Part shown: in pieces, positions 43,549-53,094 of the stretch
Position numbering within the stretch: position 1 is the first letter of the stretch
Layout: every line of letters starts with the position of its first letter
Assembly (NCBI GenBank): GCA_964572255.1
Contig: CAZNEE010000001.1
Span: forward strand, 66,223 to 130,222
Reading direction: 5' to 3'
Length of the DNA stretch: 64,000 nt
DNA from: an uncultured Planctomycetia bacterium
GTDB taxonomy: Bacteria; Omnitrophota; Gorgyraeia; Tantalellales; Tantalellaceae
Program-made: the position numbers and the translations under genes
Notes under the pieces: model-generated
What the model saw: only the letters and a program-made list of their open reading frames with translations
Database searches by the model: none
Told to the model about the DNA's origin: nothing

Positions 43549-45282
43549 ATGGATAACAAAGAAATCGCCGACATATTTTCAAAAATAGCGGATATCCTGG
43601 AGATAAAGGATGAAAACGTCTTCAAGGTCCGCGCATACCGCACCGCCGCGCTTAATATCACCGGCCTTTCGCGCCAGCTCAAAGATCTCTACAAAGAGGA
43701 CCCCGAGTCCATCGGGAATATTCCCGGTATAGGTAAAGATCTTAAAGAAAAGATCATCGAGATGCTTGAAACAGGCAAGCTTAAGCAATTCGATAAGCTT
43801 ATGAAAGAATTCTCGCCGGGGTTTTTAGATCTGCTTAATCTGGAGGGGTTGGGGCCTAAAAAACTGAAGAAACTCAGAGATGAGCTGAAGATAAAAGATG
43901 TCGACGATCTGGTAAAAGCCTGCGAAAAGGGAAAACTGGAAAAGATGGAAGGCATGGGCGCGAAAACCCAGGAGAAACTGCTCGGCGCGATAAAGCATTT
44001 CAAGAAACGCGCGGGAAGGATGCTGCTTCCTGAAGCCGATGAATATGCGGACCAGATCATAGAGTATCTGAGTAAGTCTAAAAATTTCAAAAGATTGGAA
44101 AAAGCCGGCTCCTTGCGTAGAGGCAAAGAAACCGTGGGCGACCTGGATATACTTTCCGTTGCGAAAGACGCAGATAAAGCGATGGAGCACTTCACTTCTT
44201 TTCCGAGAACAGAGAACATTATCGCTAAGGGCAAAACAAAATCGAGTATAGCGATAAAGAACGGTCCTCAGGTAGACTTGCGCGTTATAGATGAATCATG
44301 TTTCGGCGCGGCTTTTATGTATTTTACCGGATCAAAACAGCATAACGTAAAACTCAGGACGATCGCTAAAAGCAGCGGCTATAAGGTGAGTGAGTACGGC
44401 ATTTTTTCGGTCAGCAGGTCGGGAAAAGAAAAGTTCATAGCCGGCAAGACCGAGAAAGACGTTTACGCTAAACTCGGCATGGAATGGGTGCCCCCGGAAC
44501 TCAGGGAAGACCAGGGAGAGATAGAAGCGGCTTTAAAGAAAAAACTTCCCAAAAACCTTATCGAGGAAAAAGACATAAAAGGGGATCTGCATATTCACAC
44601 GACCGAGAGTGACGGACGAGCTACCATAGAAGAGATCGCCAAGGCAGCTAAGAAAAAAGGGTATGAGTATATAGGAATAACGGAACACTCTAAACTTGTG
44701 CGTGTCGCGCACGGGCTTGATGAGAAGAGAATGATGAGGCATATCGAGCGGATACGCAAGGCCGATAAAAAGATAAAAGGCTTGAAAATATTGGCCGGCA
44801 TAGAGGTAGATGTCCTGACGGACGGAAAACTTGACCTAAAAGATTCGGTATTAAAAGAACTTGATATAGTAATAGCCGCCATACATTCAAAATTCTCGCT
44901 GGATAAGGAAAAACAGACAGAACGTCTGCTCAAGGCTATCGATAATAAATACGTCAATGCCGTTGCGCATCCTTCAGGAAGGCTTATTACAACGAGAAGC
45001 CCGCTTCAATTGGACTTTCCCCGTATTTTTAAAGCCGCGCGGGACGCTAAGGTATATCTTGAGGTCAATACTCACGGTGAAAGGATAGATCTTAATGATG
45101 TCAATTGCAGGGCCGCAAAAGATATCGGCGCTAAAATTATCATTAACAGCGACGCGCATGATACTGAGCAGCTTGATAAGCTTATCTACGGCATTATCAC
45201 TGCAAGAAGAGGATGGATAGAGAAAAAAGATGTTATAAACACATTGCCGCTCGATAAACTTATGAAGGCGCTGAAAAGGTAA
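43549..45282 (+). CDS. polX: DNA polymerase X with PHP 3'-5' exonuclease domain
   Basis: HhH motif IPGIG, GSLRRGKETVGDLDIL, YFTGSKQHN; PHP motifs DLHIHT..SDG and INSDAH. Confidence 0.95.
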   Translation: MDNKEIADIFSKIADILEIKDENVFKVRAYRTAALNITGLSRQLKDLYKEDPESIGNIPGIGKDLKEKIIEMLETGKLKQFDKLMKEFSPGFLDLLNLEGLGPKKLKKLRDELKIKDVDDLVKACEKGKLEKMEGMGAKTQEKLLGAIKHFKKRAGRMLLPEADEYADQIIEYLSKSKNFKRLEKAGSLRRGKETVGDLDILSVAKDADKAMEHFTSFPRTENIIAKGKTKSSIAIKNGPQVDLRVIDESCFGAAFMYFTGSKQHNVKLRTIAKSSGYKVSEYGIFSVSRSGKEKFIAGKTEKDVYAKLGMEWVPPELREDQGEIEAALKKKLPKNLIEEKDIKGDLHIHTTESDGRATIEEIAKAAKKKGYEYIGITEHSKLVRVAHGLDEKRMMRHIERIRKADKKIKGLKILAGIEVDVLTDGKLDLKDSVLKELDIVIAAIHSKFSLDKEKQTERLLKAIDNKYVNAVAHPSGRLITTRSPLQLDFPRIFKAARDAKVYLEVNTHGERIDLNDVNCRAAKDIGAKIIINSDAHDTEQLDKLIYGIITARRGWIEKKDVINTLPLDKLMKALKR

Positions 45283-45289
45283 GCGTAGA

Positions 45290-47275
45290 ATGTCGAAAGA
45301 TATCAAAAAAAGAATAGAAGAGCTCAGAAAAGAGATAATAAAACATAATAAGCTTTATTATGAAAAGGGCGCGCCTGTAATTTCAGATTCCGGGTATGAT
45401 AAACTCATGAAGGAACTGAAAGAGCTTGAAAACAGACATCCGGAATATATTACATCAGATTCCCCGACTTTGACGGTAGGCGCTCCGCCCGCGGAGAAAT
45501 TAAAAAAAGTCAAGCATACCTCACCCATGCTCAGCCTTGAAAGCGTGAACGAGGAGAGTGAAGCGGAACATTTTGACGAAACCTGCAGGAAAGATCTCGG
45601 CAAGAAGGATGTCGATTACATGTGCGAGCCAAAACTTGACGGGCTCAGCATAGAGCTGTTTTATGAGAACGGCGTTTTTACAAGGGGGTCAACGCGCGGT
45701 GACGGCATGGTGGGCGAGGAAGTCACGAATAATTTAAGGACCATCTCAAGCGTTCCGCGCAAACTTCAAGGGAAAGATCTTCCTAAACGCTTCGCCGTGC
45801 GCGGCGAGGTCATGATGCATATAAAGGATTTCCAGGCGCTTAATAAAGAACAGACAGAACAGGGAAAAGATACATTTGCGAATCCGCGCAATGCCGCAGC
45901 CGGCTCCATGAGACAACTCGATCCTTCCATAACCGCGCAGAGAACATTAAACGTTTATTGCTACAGGATACTCGATACATCAGATAAATTGCCGGACACT
46001 CAAGAGAAGTGTCTGGATCTGATCAAAAGTCTTGGATTTAAAATATCTCCTGGCGCGAAACATTGCAAAACCATGGATGATGTGATCAAGTATCATCACG
46101 ATCTTGAGAAGAAAAGGGATGAATTAAATTACGAAATAGACGGCGTGGTCGTAAAGGTCAACCGCCTGGATCATCAGGAAAAATTGGGCAGAAGAACAAC
46201 AAACCCTAAGTGGGCGGTTGCATACAAGTTTGAACCCCGCAAGGAGGTCACGAAAATAGAGGATATAGCCGTTCAGGTGGGGAGAACGGGACTCATAACT
46301 CCGGTCGCTCTTATGCATCCGGTTGAGGTCGGAGGCGTTACGGTATCAAGAGCGACTCTCCACAACATGGATGAAATTGAAAGGCTCGGCGTAAAGATAG
46401 GAGATTATGTTAAAGTGCAAAGAGCGGGGGATGTCATCCCAAAAGTTACGGAAGTCATAAAAGAGAAAAGGACAGGCAGGGAAAAAGCCTTTCACATGCC
46501 GGTTAAATGTCCGAGCTGCGGAACGAAACTGGAGAAAGAGGATGTTTTTTACCGCTGTCCGGCGGGTTTGGCTTGTCCTGCACAATTAAAAGAAGCTATA
46601 ACACATTATGCCAGTAAAGGCGCGGTGGATATAGAAGGTTTTTCGGATAAAACGGTGGAGCTATTTCATGATAAAGGTCTTATTAACAGTATTTCCGATA
46701 TATATACTTTGAAAAGAGAAGATATCCTGGGGCTTGAAGGATGGAAAGAGAGAAAGATAAATAATCTTTTGAGGGCCATAGAGAACGCGAAAGATGTTTC
46801 CCTGGACAGGTTTATCTTCGGCCTGGGGATAAAAAATGTAGGGAAACATATAGCGACGCTTTTAGCCGAAAAATACGGTTCACTGGAGAAGCTGGAGAAG
46901 ACAAAAGAAGAAGAATTGCTCCGGATAAATGAGATCGGCCCTGAGATAGCCGTAAGTATAACAGCTTTCTTCAGCGAAAAGAAGAATGTTGGAGAAATAG
47001 AGAAGCTTAAGAAATGCGGCGTAAAGATCCGTGAAAAAAAGATTAAAGGGAAGCTTGCCGGCAAGAAAATAGTCTTTACGGGGTCGCTCCAGACCATGTC
47101 GCGTTCAGAAGCTAAAAAACAGGTGGAAGCCGAAGGCGGGGAAGCATTATCAAGCGTTTCGGATAACGTGGATTTCGTTGTTGTAGGCGACAAACCAGGT
47201 TCAAAGCTCGATCAAGCCAAGAAAAAAGGCATAACTATTATTTCAGAAAAAGAATTTAAAAAAATCCTGGGATAA
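45290..47275 (+). CDS. ligA: NAD-dependent DNA ligase
   Basis: EPKLDG adenylation motif, FANPRNAAAGS, YEIDGVVVK, C4 zinc finger and C-terminal BRCT. Confidence 0.97.
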   Translation: MSKDIKKRIEELRKEIIKHNKLYYEKGAPVISDSGYDKLMKELKELENRHPEYITSDSPTLTVGAPPAEKLKKVKHTSPMLSLESVNEESEAEHFDETCRKDLGKKDVDYMCEPKLDGLSIELFYENGVFTRGSTRGDGMVGEEVTNNLRTISSVPRKLQGKDLPKRFAVRGEVMMHIKDFQALNKEQTEQGKDTFANPRNAAAGSMRQLDPSITAQRTLNVYCYRILDTSDKLPDTQEKCLDLIKSLGFKISPGAKHCKTMDDVIKYHHDLEKKRDELNYEIDGVVVKVNRLDHQEKLGRRTTNPKWAVAYKFEPRKEVTKIEDIAVQVGRTGLITPVALMHPVEVGGVTVSRATLHNMDEIERLGVKIGDYVKVQRAGDVIPKVTEVIKEKRTGREKAFHMPVKCPSCGTKLEKEDVFYRCPAGLACPAQLKEAITHYASKGAVDIEGFSDKTVELFHDKGLINSISDIYTLKREDILGLEGWKERKINNLLRAIENAKDVSLDRFIFGLGIKNVGKHIATLLAEKYGSLEKLEKTKEEELLRINEIGPEIAVSITAFFSEKKNVGEIEKLKKCGVKIREKKIKGKLAGKKIVFTGSLQTMSRSEAKKQVEAEGGEALSSVSDNVDFVVVGDKPGSKLDQAKKKGITIISEKEFKKILG

Positions 47276-47296
47276 TTTGACTGCCTTTTCATTTCA

Positions 47297-47326
47297 TTGA
47301 CGCATCTCGCGAATATTTGGTAAAAT
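47297..47326 (+). promoter_or_regulatory. Putative sigma70 promoter for the toxin-like gene
   Basis: TTGACG (47297-302), 18-bp spacer with TG, TAAAAT (47321-26). Strong RBS AAGGAGGT at 47414-21 before the ATG at 47428. Confidence 0.6.
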
Positions 47327-47427
47327 AATAGTTAATACACTTTTAAATTATCTCCACGATGTAAAATATCTTTAGGGTAGTACATAACAGGAAAACATTT
47401 TCCTTCCAAAAATAAGGAGGTGGCAGG

Positions 47428-50400
47428 ATGTCTACATCAAAAAAGCCTCTCTACAAGTTCATTTCAGTTCTGGTTACGATCACTTTTTTTATAAGTAATA
47501 TAAGTTGGGCAGTTCCGCCGGAGGGCGGAAGTTACACGCCTTTTGACGATAATCAGCAGCAAAGCGATTATCTCTCATCCGAACAGCTTCAGGAATACGC
47601 CGATGTAAAAACTTCCTTAATAGAGAAACACAATAGTGAAGCGCCTCAACCGCTATCCAACGAAGAAGAGGTAATACAATATCTTTACAGTCTGCTTGCG
47701 GCGGATGTGACGGCGAATCTCTCTCAGCTTGAGAATAATTATGATGCAAGTGTTTCCGGCAGACAATCCGTGCAGGCCGAGTATATAGAACTCCAGAACC
47801 TGCTTACAAGTTATTATCAGGAGGAGCAGAACGCAAGAGCCAATATCCAGAATGTAGACAATCAGATCGCGATCTACAACAGCAGAATAAGCGCTATCGA
47901 AGAGGAAAAAGAAAGGGTGCAGGGACTTATCAGCGACATTGACTCAGAGATCGGGACGAAAGAAGCCAGCATGCCGTCTTTGATCGATACCGTTGGAATA
48001 CTCCAGAGCGATCTTACGGATCTTCTTGTTTCTCTCAACGGGAAAGAAACAGAACTGGGAACGGCACAAAATCTTCTTGTTGCCGCTCAAAGTGAATATG
48101 ATGACGCGTTAGCGGTGGTGCATGCGGAGCTTGGCGACAATTTTGATGTTCATTCTCCTGACGTTGAAAAAGTTTATGATGGCGAAGGAAATCTTACAGA
48201 AGTCATTCTTCCCGCGGAGTACCAGATATTGCCGGATATTGACCAGATCGAATTACATGTCCTGGACGCTCTATTAAGATACGACGATCTTGAGGCGGCG
48301 CAGAATGTAGTTGATCAAAAAGAGGCTGAACGGGACCAGGCGAGTACCCTTTATTATGATAAACAGTCAGAACTTCTCTCAACGTGCGAAAGAGCAAAGT
48401 TGATAGAGTTTGATATTTCAGTTCTAAATGAGATAAAAGATACGAGAACGGCCCAGTATGATGACTTGGTGAGTGCATCTGTTGGAATAAATAATAGCAT
48501 TACGGGCCTTCAAGATCTGAGAAATGATCTTGAAGCCCAGCTTCTTTTAAGTCAGGAACAAATAGAGACAGAAGTTCCCGGGATCATCGACGCGATAAAC
48601 GAAACAGGAGAGATCCTGCAATCGGCGATCGGAAGAGAAGAGGAAGCGAAGTCGCTTTACGAGGAAGCTTTGGAAGCTATTAAAAGCAGCGTGGATGAAC
48701 TAATAGTTTCCGATGAAGAAGTGCGGTCAGGGATACTTTCAGCTTTGATCGGTCGCGAAGAGGGCGAAACAGAACAAGAGTATCTTCAAAGAATAGAGAA
48801 CATGACGGATCAGGAAATTGATGAGTACATGTTCTACGCGCAGGATCGGCTGGTTCTTATCAACGGGAAAATAGTCGATTCGGAAGAAGTAAACAGAGTC
48901 ATCATCAGGGATATTTTAAGGGAGAATTTCAAGAAAATATTCGGGAAAGAGCCGGGCGATAATTTATTGAATGTAATGCGTGATATCATTTTCAGGGTCA
49001 AGATCCCCGCGATAAGAGTGTTTGAGGTTATCAGCAGGATCGAGAACAGTAAAATCGAAGCCACTGAAAAAGATGAAAAACTTGAGGATGAAAAGGATGA
49101 AAAAGATGCGGCCCGAAGCGAAATTGATCAACTGCTGGAAGCCGCGATCATAGAAGATATGATCAGCGATATTCTCGGAGAAGAGAATGAGGATCTCCTT
49201 AACAGGATAGTGGATAGATTGACCGCGCAGGGATTAGGTCCAACATTATTAAATGACACCATAGGTTATTTAAGTTCGATCCCGACGGGTCTTGTTTCCT
49301 GCGGGGCTATTGCGCTTTCCGGGTTATTTAACAGTATCGGAATGGATCTTTCTGTCGCAGGAATAACAGAGGAAGCCGTTCTTACCGATGTCATTGAGGG
49401 ATCCATGAAAGCAGGCGAAAGCGGGCTTAATCTTTCTCTCTTTGCGCTCAAGGAAACCGCCGCAGATCATGGATTAGAGCTTTACGGCCAAAAAATTGAT
49501 CCCGAAAATATTGTAAATATAGAGGGGCCTTTTGTAGCCCATGTTAACGATAATCATTATGTTCTTGTGAAAAATATTGAAGAGGATAGGGTTGCATTTT
49601 TTGATCCGGATCCTTACAGGGATAACACTTCAAGTTTACAGGAATTCAGCGAAAGTTTTACAGGCTATGCTCTAACCCTCGCCGATACAGAGGGGGCAAC
49701 ATCGCTTGAGGATAGCCAGATGAAAGAAGTTCTCGGTGCCGGATGGTTCTCAAGAGCGGTAAGTAAGGTAAAAAGCGCGGTGAAGAGCGCTGTCAAGAAA
49801 GTTTCGAGCGCGGCAAAAAGCGTAGCCAAAAAGGTATCAAGCGCAGCAAAGAGCGTCGCCAGCAAGGTATCAAGTGCTGCGAAAAGCGTGGCAAGCAAAG
49901 CGAAAAGCGCGGTAAAGAGCGTTGCCAGCAAAGTTTCAAGCGCCGCAAAGAGCGTTTCTAATAAAGCAAAGAGCACTTACAATAAAGCCAAGAGCAAAGT
50001 TTCAGAAACATATAACGCCGCAAAAGATAAAGTTACAGAAAAATGTAGTGAAGTAAAAGCAGAAGTTACAAATTGGATAAGCGAAACGAAAGAAGAGGTT
50101 TCTAATTGGATAAGCGAGAAGAAGGGGACTGTTAATTCTATGATAGAAAGCGGCAAAGAAAAAGTATCAGCCATGTGGACTACCGTGAAGGAAAAATATG
50201 CTAAGGCGAAAGAAACTTACGAAAATTACAAAAAGGAACAAGCTGAAAAGGCCAAAGAGAAGTCCAATCAGGAAGGCGAAAAATCCTTTATTAATTCTCT
50301 TGTGGATTTCTTAACGATCATCCCCAGGGTTAGCGCAACCGCAGATATTGAAACTACTGTAGCCGAAGATCCCTCTCTTTCAGGTGATAATGTATTTGGA

Positions 50401-52926
50401 GTCCAGACCTACGGGGTTCAAGATCCCCAAGTTTGCTCTATTGATAATCCTGAATACATGGCTTACCTGGAGGCATTTAATAACAGCCTGGAAAGCAGCA
50501 ATCTAAGTTCGAATAATGTTAAAACGGTTGTAATTATAAATGAGGATAATACAGCTACGATATACACAATTCAGTTACCGCCTGAAGCGGTTCAGAATAA
50601 TTCAGAACGTGAAGTTGCGTATACTGCTCAAGGTAATGCCGATTCTATTGAAAAAGATCAAGTAACAATTTTAGACCTGAGAGATCAAACTGTTTCTGTA
50701 GTTTCTTTTGAAACTCAAAAAGATTCATCATTTTCACCGTTTATTCCCGTTGAAGGAACCTCTAAAGGGCTCTCAATGGCTCAACTTAATCTTCCAAGCT
50801 ATATTACAGAACAGGATCTTCTTAACGCGCTTCCTGAGTCTATCGATCAGGTCCATCTTCCCGGAGGACAAATACCCACGGAAGGAGTGACTATCGATAT
50901 AGGCGGCGGGATCATCAGCAGGAACAAAGATGCCATAAATGTAGATGCCCGTGCGATAGCCAGCGGGGATAATGCGTTTATCAGAACTACGGGAGCGACC
51001 GGTTCACATCTTGAGATACCTGAAGTTCTGGAATACTTAAATAGCAGGGGAGTCAAGGCTGATAAAATATTTCTTGAAAATGTGCCTTGGGATGATGTTC
51101 AAACTCCCCGTATCTTGGATGCGAGCGGAGAACTTTTGAAATCGGGCAGCGGGACCATGCAAATTGTTCTTCCTCCGACTGTAGATGCTGATAGGTTTGT
51201 TGCTCAGTTCGCTGATTCAATAGACGGAACTTTTTCAGGGCCTGTAATAGGCGATCTTGTTCCGGTAAAAACAGACCTTCCCTCGGGAGTAAAAGTCAGT
51301 TATCCGGATGCTAAAATTTACACGGTAACGAAGACACAAAGCAACTTCCTGCTCGATGCGATCGATGATTTTAGGGGCATGTCCCGCTTGGGGAAAGGGC
51401 TAGTCATTGCTGATATTGCGATTTCAACCTATGATATTGGAAGCGGTATACATAAAGATGCGACAGAAGGGTTTGATTGTCATTCGACCGAAGCGGTCGG
51501 TCGTGTAGCCGCCGGCTCATATGGCGCCTTTAAGTGCGCTGCTTTGGCCAGTCCATTAAGCCCATTGGCTTCGTTCATAGCAGGCGCTGCCTGCGGTATA
51601 GTTGGCGGCTGGCTAGGAGGTGAAATTGGAAGGAGCCCCTGCGATACTCCTGAAATTTATATTCCAAATCAAGGGACCATGATAATCAACGATCCTATGG
51701 ACCTGTCGTCATATTTCAGTGCAAATCAGATAAAAAACAACCATCTGGACATACCGCTGGATCCTGATGTTATAGGGGAAAGAAAATCTATACCCGGTGA
51801 AACTGTTACTTATACAGACATGGGTCCGGATTTTCTGCCGGGTTTTACTTCTTATACGTATTCCACATGGTCAGGTGCCGAAGGCAGCAAAGAACCGCAA
51901 GTAACCGCGGCCGATGTTCTTAAAGCTATAGATGCAGCTAATAACAGTTCTGGCAGCACAGCTATTCCCGAAACGATATTTTATCAGCCTCCCCAGATAC
52001 CGTTCCCATCAGTTTCAAATATTTCACTAAACGATAATATATCAGAAGTAACTTCGGAAAATGCGACAGTTGATATCGGCGCTGATTCTGATGGGGTAAA
52101 ATCTTCAAAAGTTGTAAATTTTATGAAAAAAATGGCGGTCACCACATTAGGGCCGGTTTATACTGCCGCCAAAATCGTTCAAAGTGTTTGTAATTGGGCG
52201 ACAGGGTATCCGGAGAGATACTCAAAAAGGTATCTGGAATCGCGTGAATTAGGCTCATCAGAAGGCATAGCTAATCTTGAAGCTTTTGCGTATGCAGCAG
52301 GCGGCCATATAATCGAAGAGGCATCACGAAATGCACAGGAAAGGTATAAGACAAGAAGGGACGTGCAAATTGATGCCGGTCGTCCGCCGCTCGGTGCTAA
52401 AATTTTTGCCGGCTTTCAAACTGTAGGTGATTTTACAGGATGGACAAAAGCTGCCAGCGCGATAAACGGGAGAGATTCAGTCACTTATCAGCCGATAAGC
52501 AGTGAGGAAAGAATACAGCTTGGCATTGAAGGGGCTGTGGAATCCGCTTTTTCCGTTTTTGCTTTGGCAAAAGCGGGGCAAGTCGCAAAAGGGGCATGGC
52601 AGAACAAGGGAAATCTTTTTAAGATGGGCAAGAAGGGTCAGTTTTATGGAGGAAAACCCAAAGCATCTCCGAAAGTGACCCGGAAAGTTGATGTTAATAT
52701 TGGCGGAAAAAAGACTAAAGCGATCATTGTTTCAAAAGATGTAAATCATCCCTTTCAGCCCCACGTGCATTTTACGAATAAGGGACAAAGTGTTAAGATC
52801 AATTTTAAGAGCATGCCGGAACTTAAGGTAAAACTGAAAGATGCCGGATTTGGCAAATTGCTTAAGGACGGGAATTTTCTTTCACAGGCTGAAGAAGTTC
52901 TTCTTAAGGCCGGATATATTTCCTAA
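47428..52926 (+). CDS. Secreted polymorphic-toxin-like protein: signal peptide, coiled coil, C39 peptidase, double-glycine-type site, amphipathic 11-mer repeats, PT-TG-like motif, basic C-terminal domain
   Basis: N-terminal KFISVLVTITFFISNISWA; SCG (49300), HYVLV (49555), FFDP (Asp 49603); LEDSQMKEVLGA|GWFS; VGDFTG...INGRDSVTYQPISSEER; C-terminal PHVHF. Confidence 0.8.
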   Translation: MSTSKKPLYKFISVLVTITFFISNISWAVPPEGGSYTPFDDNQQQSDYLSSEQLQEYADVKTSLIEKHNSEAPQPLSNEEEVIQYLYSLLAADVTANLSQLENNYDASVSGRQSVQAEYIELQNLLTSYYQEEQNARANIQNVDNQIAIYNSRISAIEEEKERVQGLISDIDSEIGTKEASMPSLIDTVGILQSDLTDLLVSLNGKETELGTAQNLLVAAQSEYDDALAVVHAELGDNFDVHSPDVEKVYDGEGNLTEVILPAEYQILPDIDQIELHVLDALLRYDDLEAAQNVVDQKEAERDQASTLYYDKQSELLSTCERAKLIEFDISVLNEIKDTRTAQYDDLVSASVGINNSITGLQDLRNDLEAQLLLSQEQIETEVPGIIDAINETGEILQSAIGREEEAKSLYEEALEAIKSSVDELIVSDEEVRSGILSALIGREEGETEQEYLQRIENMTDQEIDEYMFYAQDRLVLINGKIVDSEEVNRVIIRDILRENFKKIFGKEPGDNLLNVMRDIIFRVKIPAIRVFEVISRIENSKIEATEKDEKLEDEKDEKDAARSEIDQLLEAAIIEDMISDILGEENEDLLNRIVDRLTAQGLGPTLLNDTIGYLSSIPTGLVSCGAIALSGLFNSIGMDLSVAGITEEAVLTDVIEGSMKAGESGLNLSLFALKETAADHGLELYGQKIDPENIVNIEGPFVAHVNDNHYVLVKNIEEDRVAFFDPDPYRDNTSSLQEFSESFTGYALTLADTEGATSLEDSQMKEVLGAGWFSRAVSKVKSAVKSAVKKVSSAAKSVAKKVSSAAKSVASKVSSAAKSVASKAKSAVKSVASKVSSAAKSVSNKAKSTYNKAKSKVSETYNAAKDKVTEKCSEVKAEVTNWISETKEEVSNWISEKKGTVNSMIESGKEKVSAMWTTVKEKYAKAKETYENYKKEQAEKAKEKSNQEGEKSFINSLVDFLTIIPRVSATADIETTVAEDPSLSGDNVFGVQTYGVQDPQVCSIDNPEYMAYLEAFNNSLESSNLSSNNVKTVVIINEDNTATIYTIQLPPEAVQNNSEREVAYTAQGNADSIEKDQVTILDLRDQTVSVVSFETQKDSSFSPFIPVEGTSKGLSMAQLNLPSYITEQDLLNALPESIDQVHLPGGQIPTEGVTIDIGGGIISRNKDAINVDARAIASGDNAFIRTTGATGSHLEIPEVLEYLNSRGVKADKIFLENVPWDDVQTPRILDASGELLKSGSGTMQIVLPPTVDADRFVAQFADSIDGTFSGPVIGDLVPVKTDLPSGVKVSYPDAKIYTVTKTQSNFLLDAIDDFRGMSRLGKGLVIADIAISTYDIGSGIHKDATEGFDCHSTEAVGRVAAGSYGAFKCAALASPLSPLASFIAGAACGIVGGWLGGEIGRSPCDTPEIYIPNQGTMIINDPMDLSSYFSANQIKNNHLDIPLDPDVIGERKSIPGETVTYTDMGPDFLPGFTSYTYSTWSGAEGSKEPQVTAADVLKAIDAANNSSGSTAIPETIFYQPPQIPFPSVSNISLNDNISEVTSENATVDIGADSDGVKSSKVVNFMKKMAVTTLGPVYTAAKIVQSVCNWATGYPERYSKRYLESRELGSSEGIANLEAFAYAAGGHIIEEASRNAQERYKTRRDVQIDAGRPPLGAKIFAGFQTVGDFTGWTKAASAINGRDSVTYQPISSEERIQLGIEGAVESAFSVFALAKAGQVAKGAWQNKGNLFKMGKKGQFYGGKPKASPKVTRKVDVNIGGKKTKAIIVSKDVNHPFQPHVHFTNKGQSVKINFKSMPELKVKLKDAGFGKLLKDGNFLSQAEEVLLKAGYIS
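49762..50223 (+). repeat. About 14 tandem 11-aa (33-nt) amphipathic repeats
   Basis: SKVKSAVKSAV, KKVSSAAKSVA x2, SKVSSAAKSVA... decaying into AEVTNWISETK, EEVSNWISEKK. Confidence 0.85.
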
Positions 52927-52945
52927 ATGAGAGGAATGCCATTCC

Positions 52946-52979
52946 ATAAGGGGGCAGATAATATTATCTGCCCCCTTAT
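52946..52979. terminator. Perfect 34-bp palindrome downstream of the toxin-like gene, probable terminator
   Basis: ATAAGGGGGCAGATAAT/ATTATCTGCCCCCTTAT, starting 20 nt after the stop. The U-tract is weak. Confidence 0.6.
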
Positions 52980-53009
52980 TATACCTTATATCCAGAATGC
53001 GAATTTATC

Positions 53010-53039
53010 TTGCAAAATTTCCACTTCCATTGCTATAAT
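53010..53039 (+). promoter_or_regulatory. Putative sigma70 extended -10 promoter
   Basis: TTGCAA (53010-15), 18-bp spacer ending TGC, TATAAT (53034-39). Confidence 0.6.
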
Positions 53040-53094
53040 ATAGCTTCTTTAATAATATTACTAATTATTTAACCTGTTTTAATAAGGTGTTTAT

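Noticed and set aside
43549-47275. polX-ligA as a novel repair or defence system
   Set aside because: Both are ordinary, intact housekeeping genes with no Ku or other accessory partner nearby.
49762-50000. 33-nt periodic repeats as a CRISPR array
   Set aside because: They are in-frame coding repeats with synonymous variation and no spacers, and no cas genes are present.
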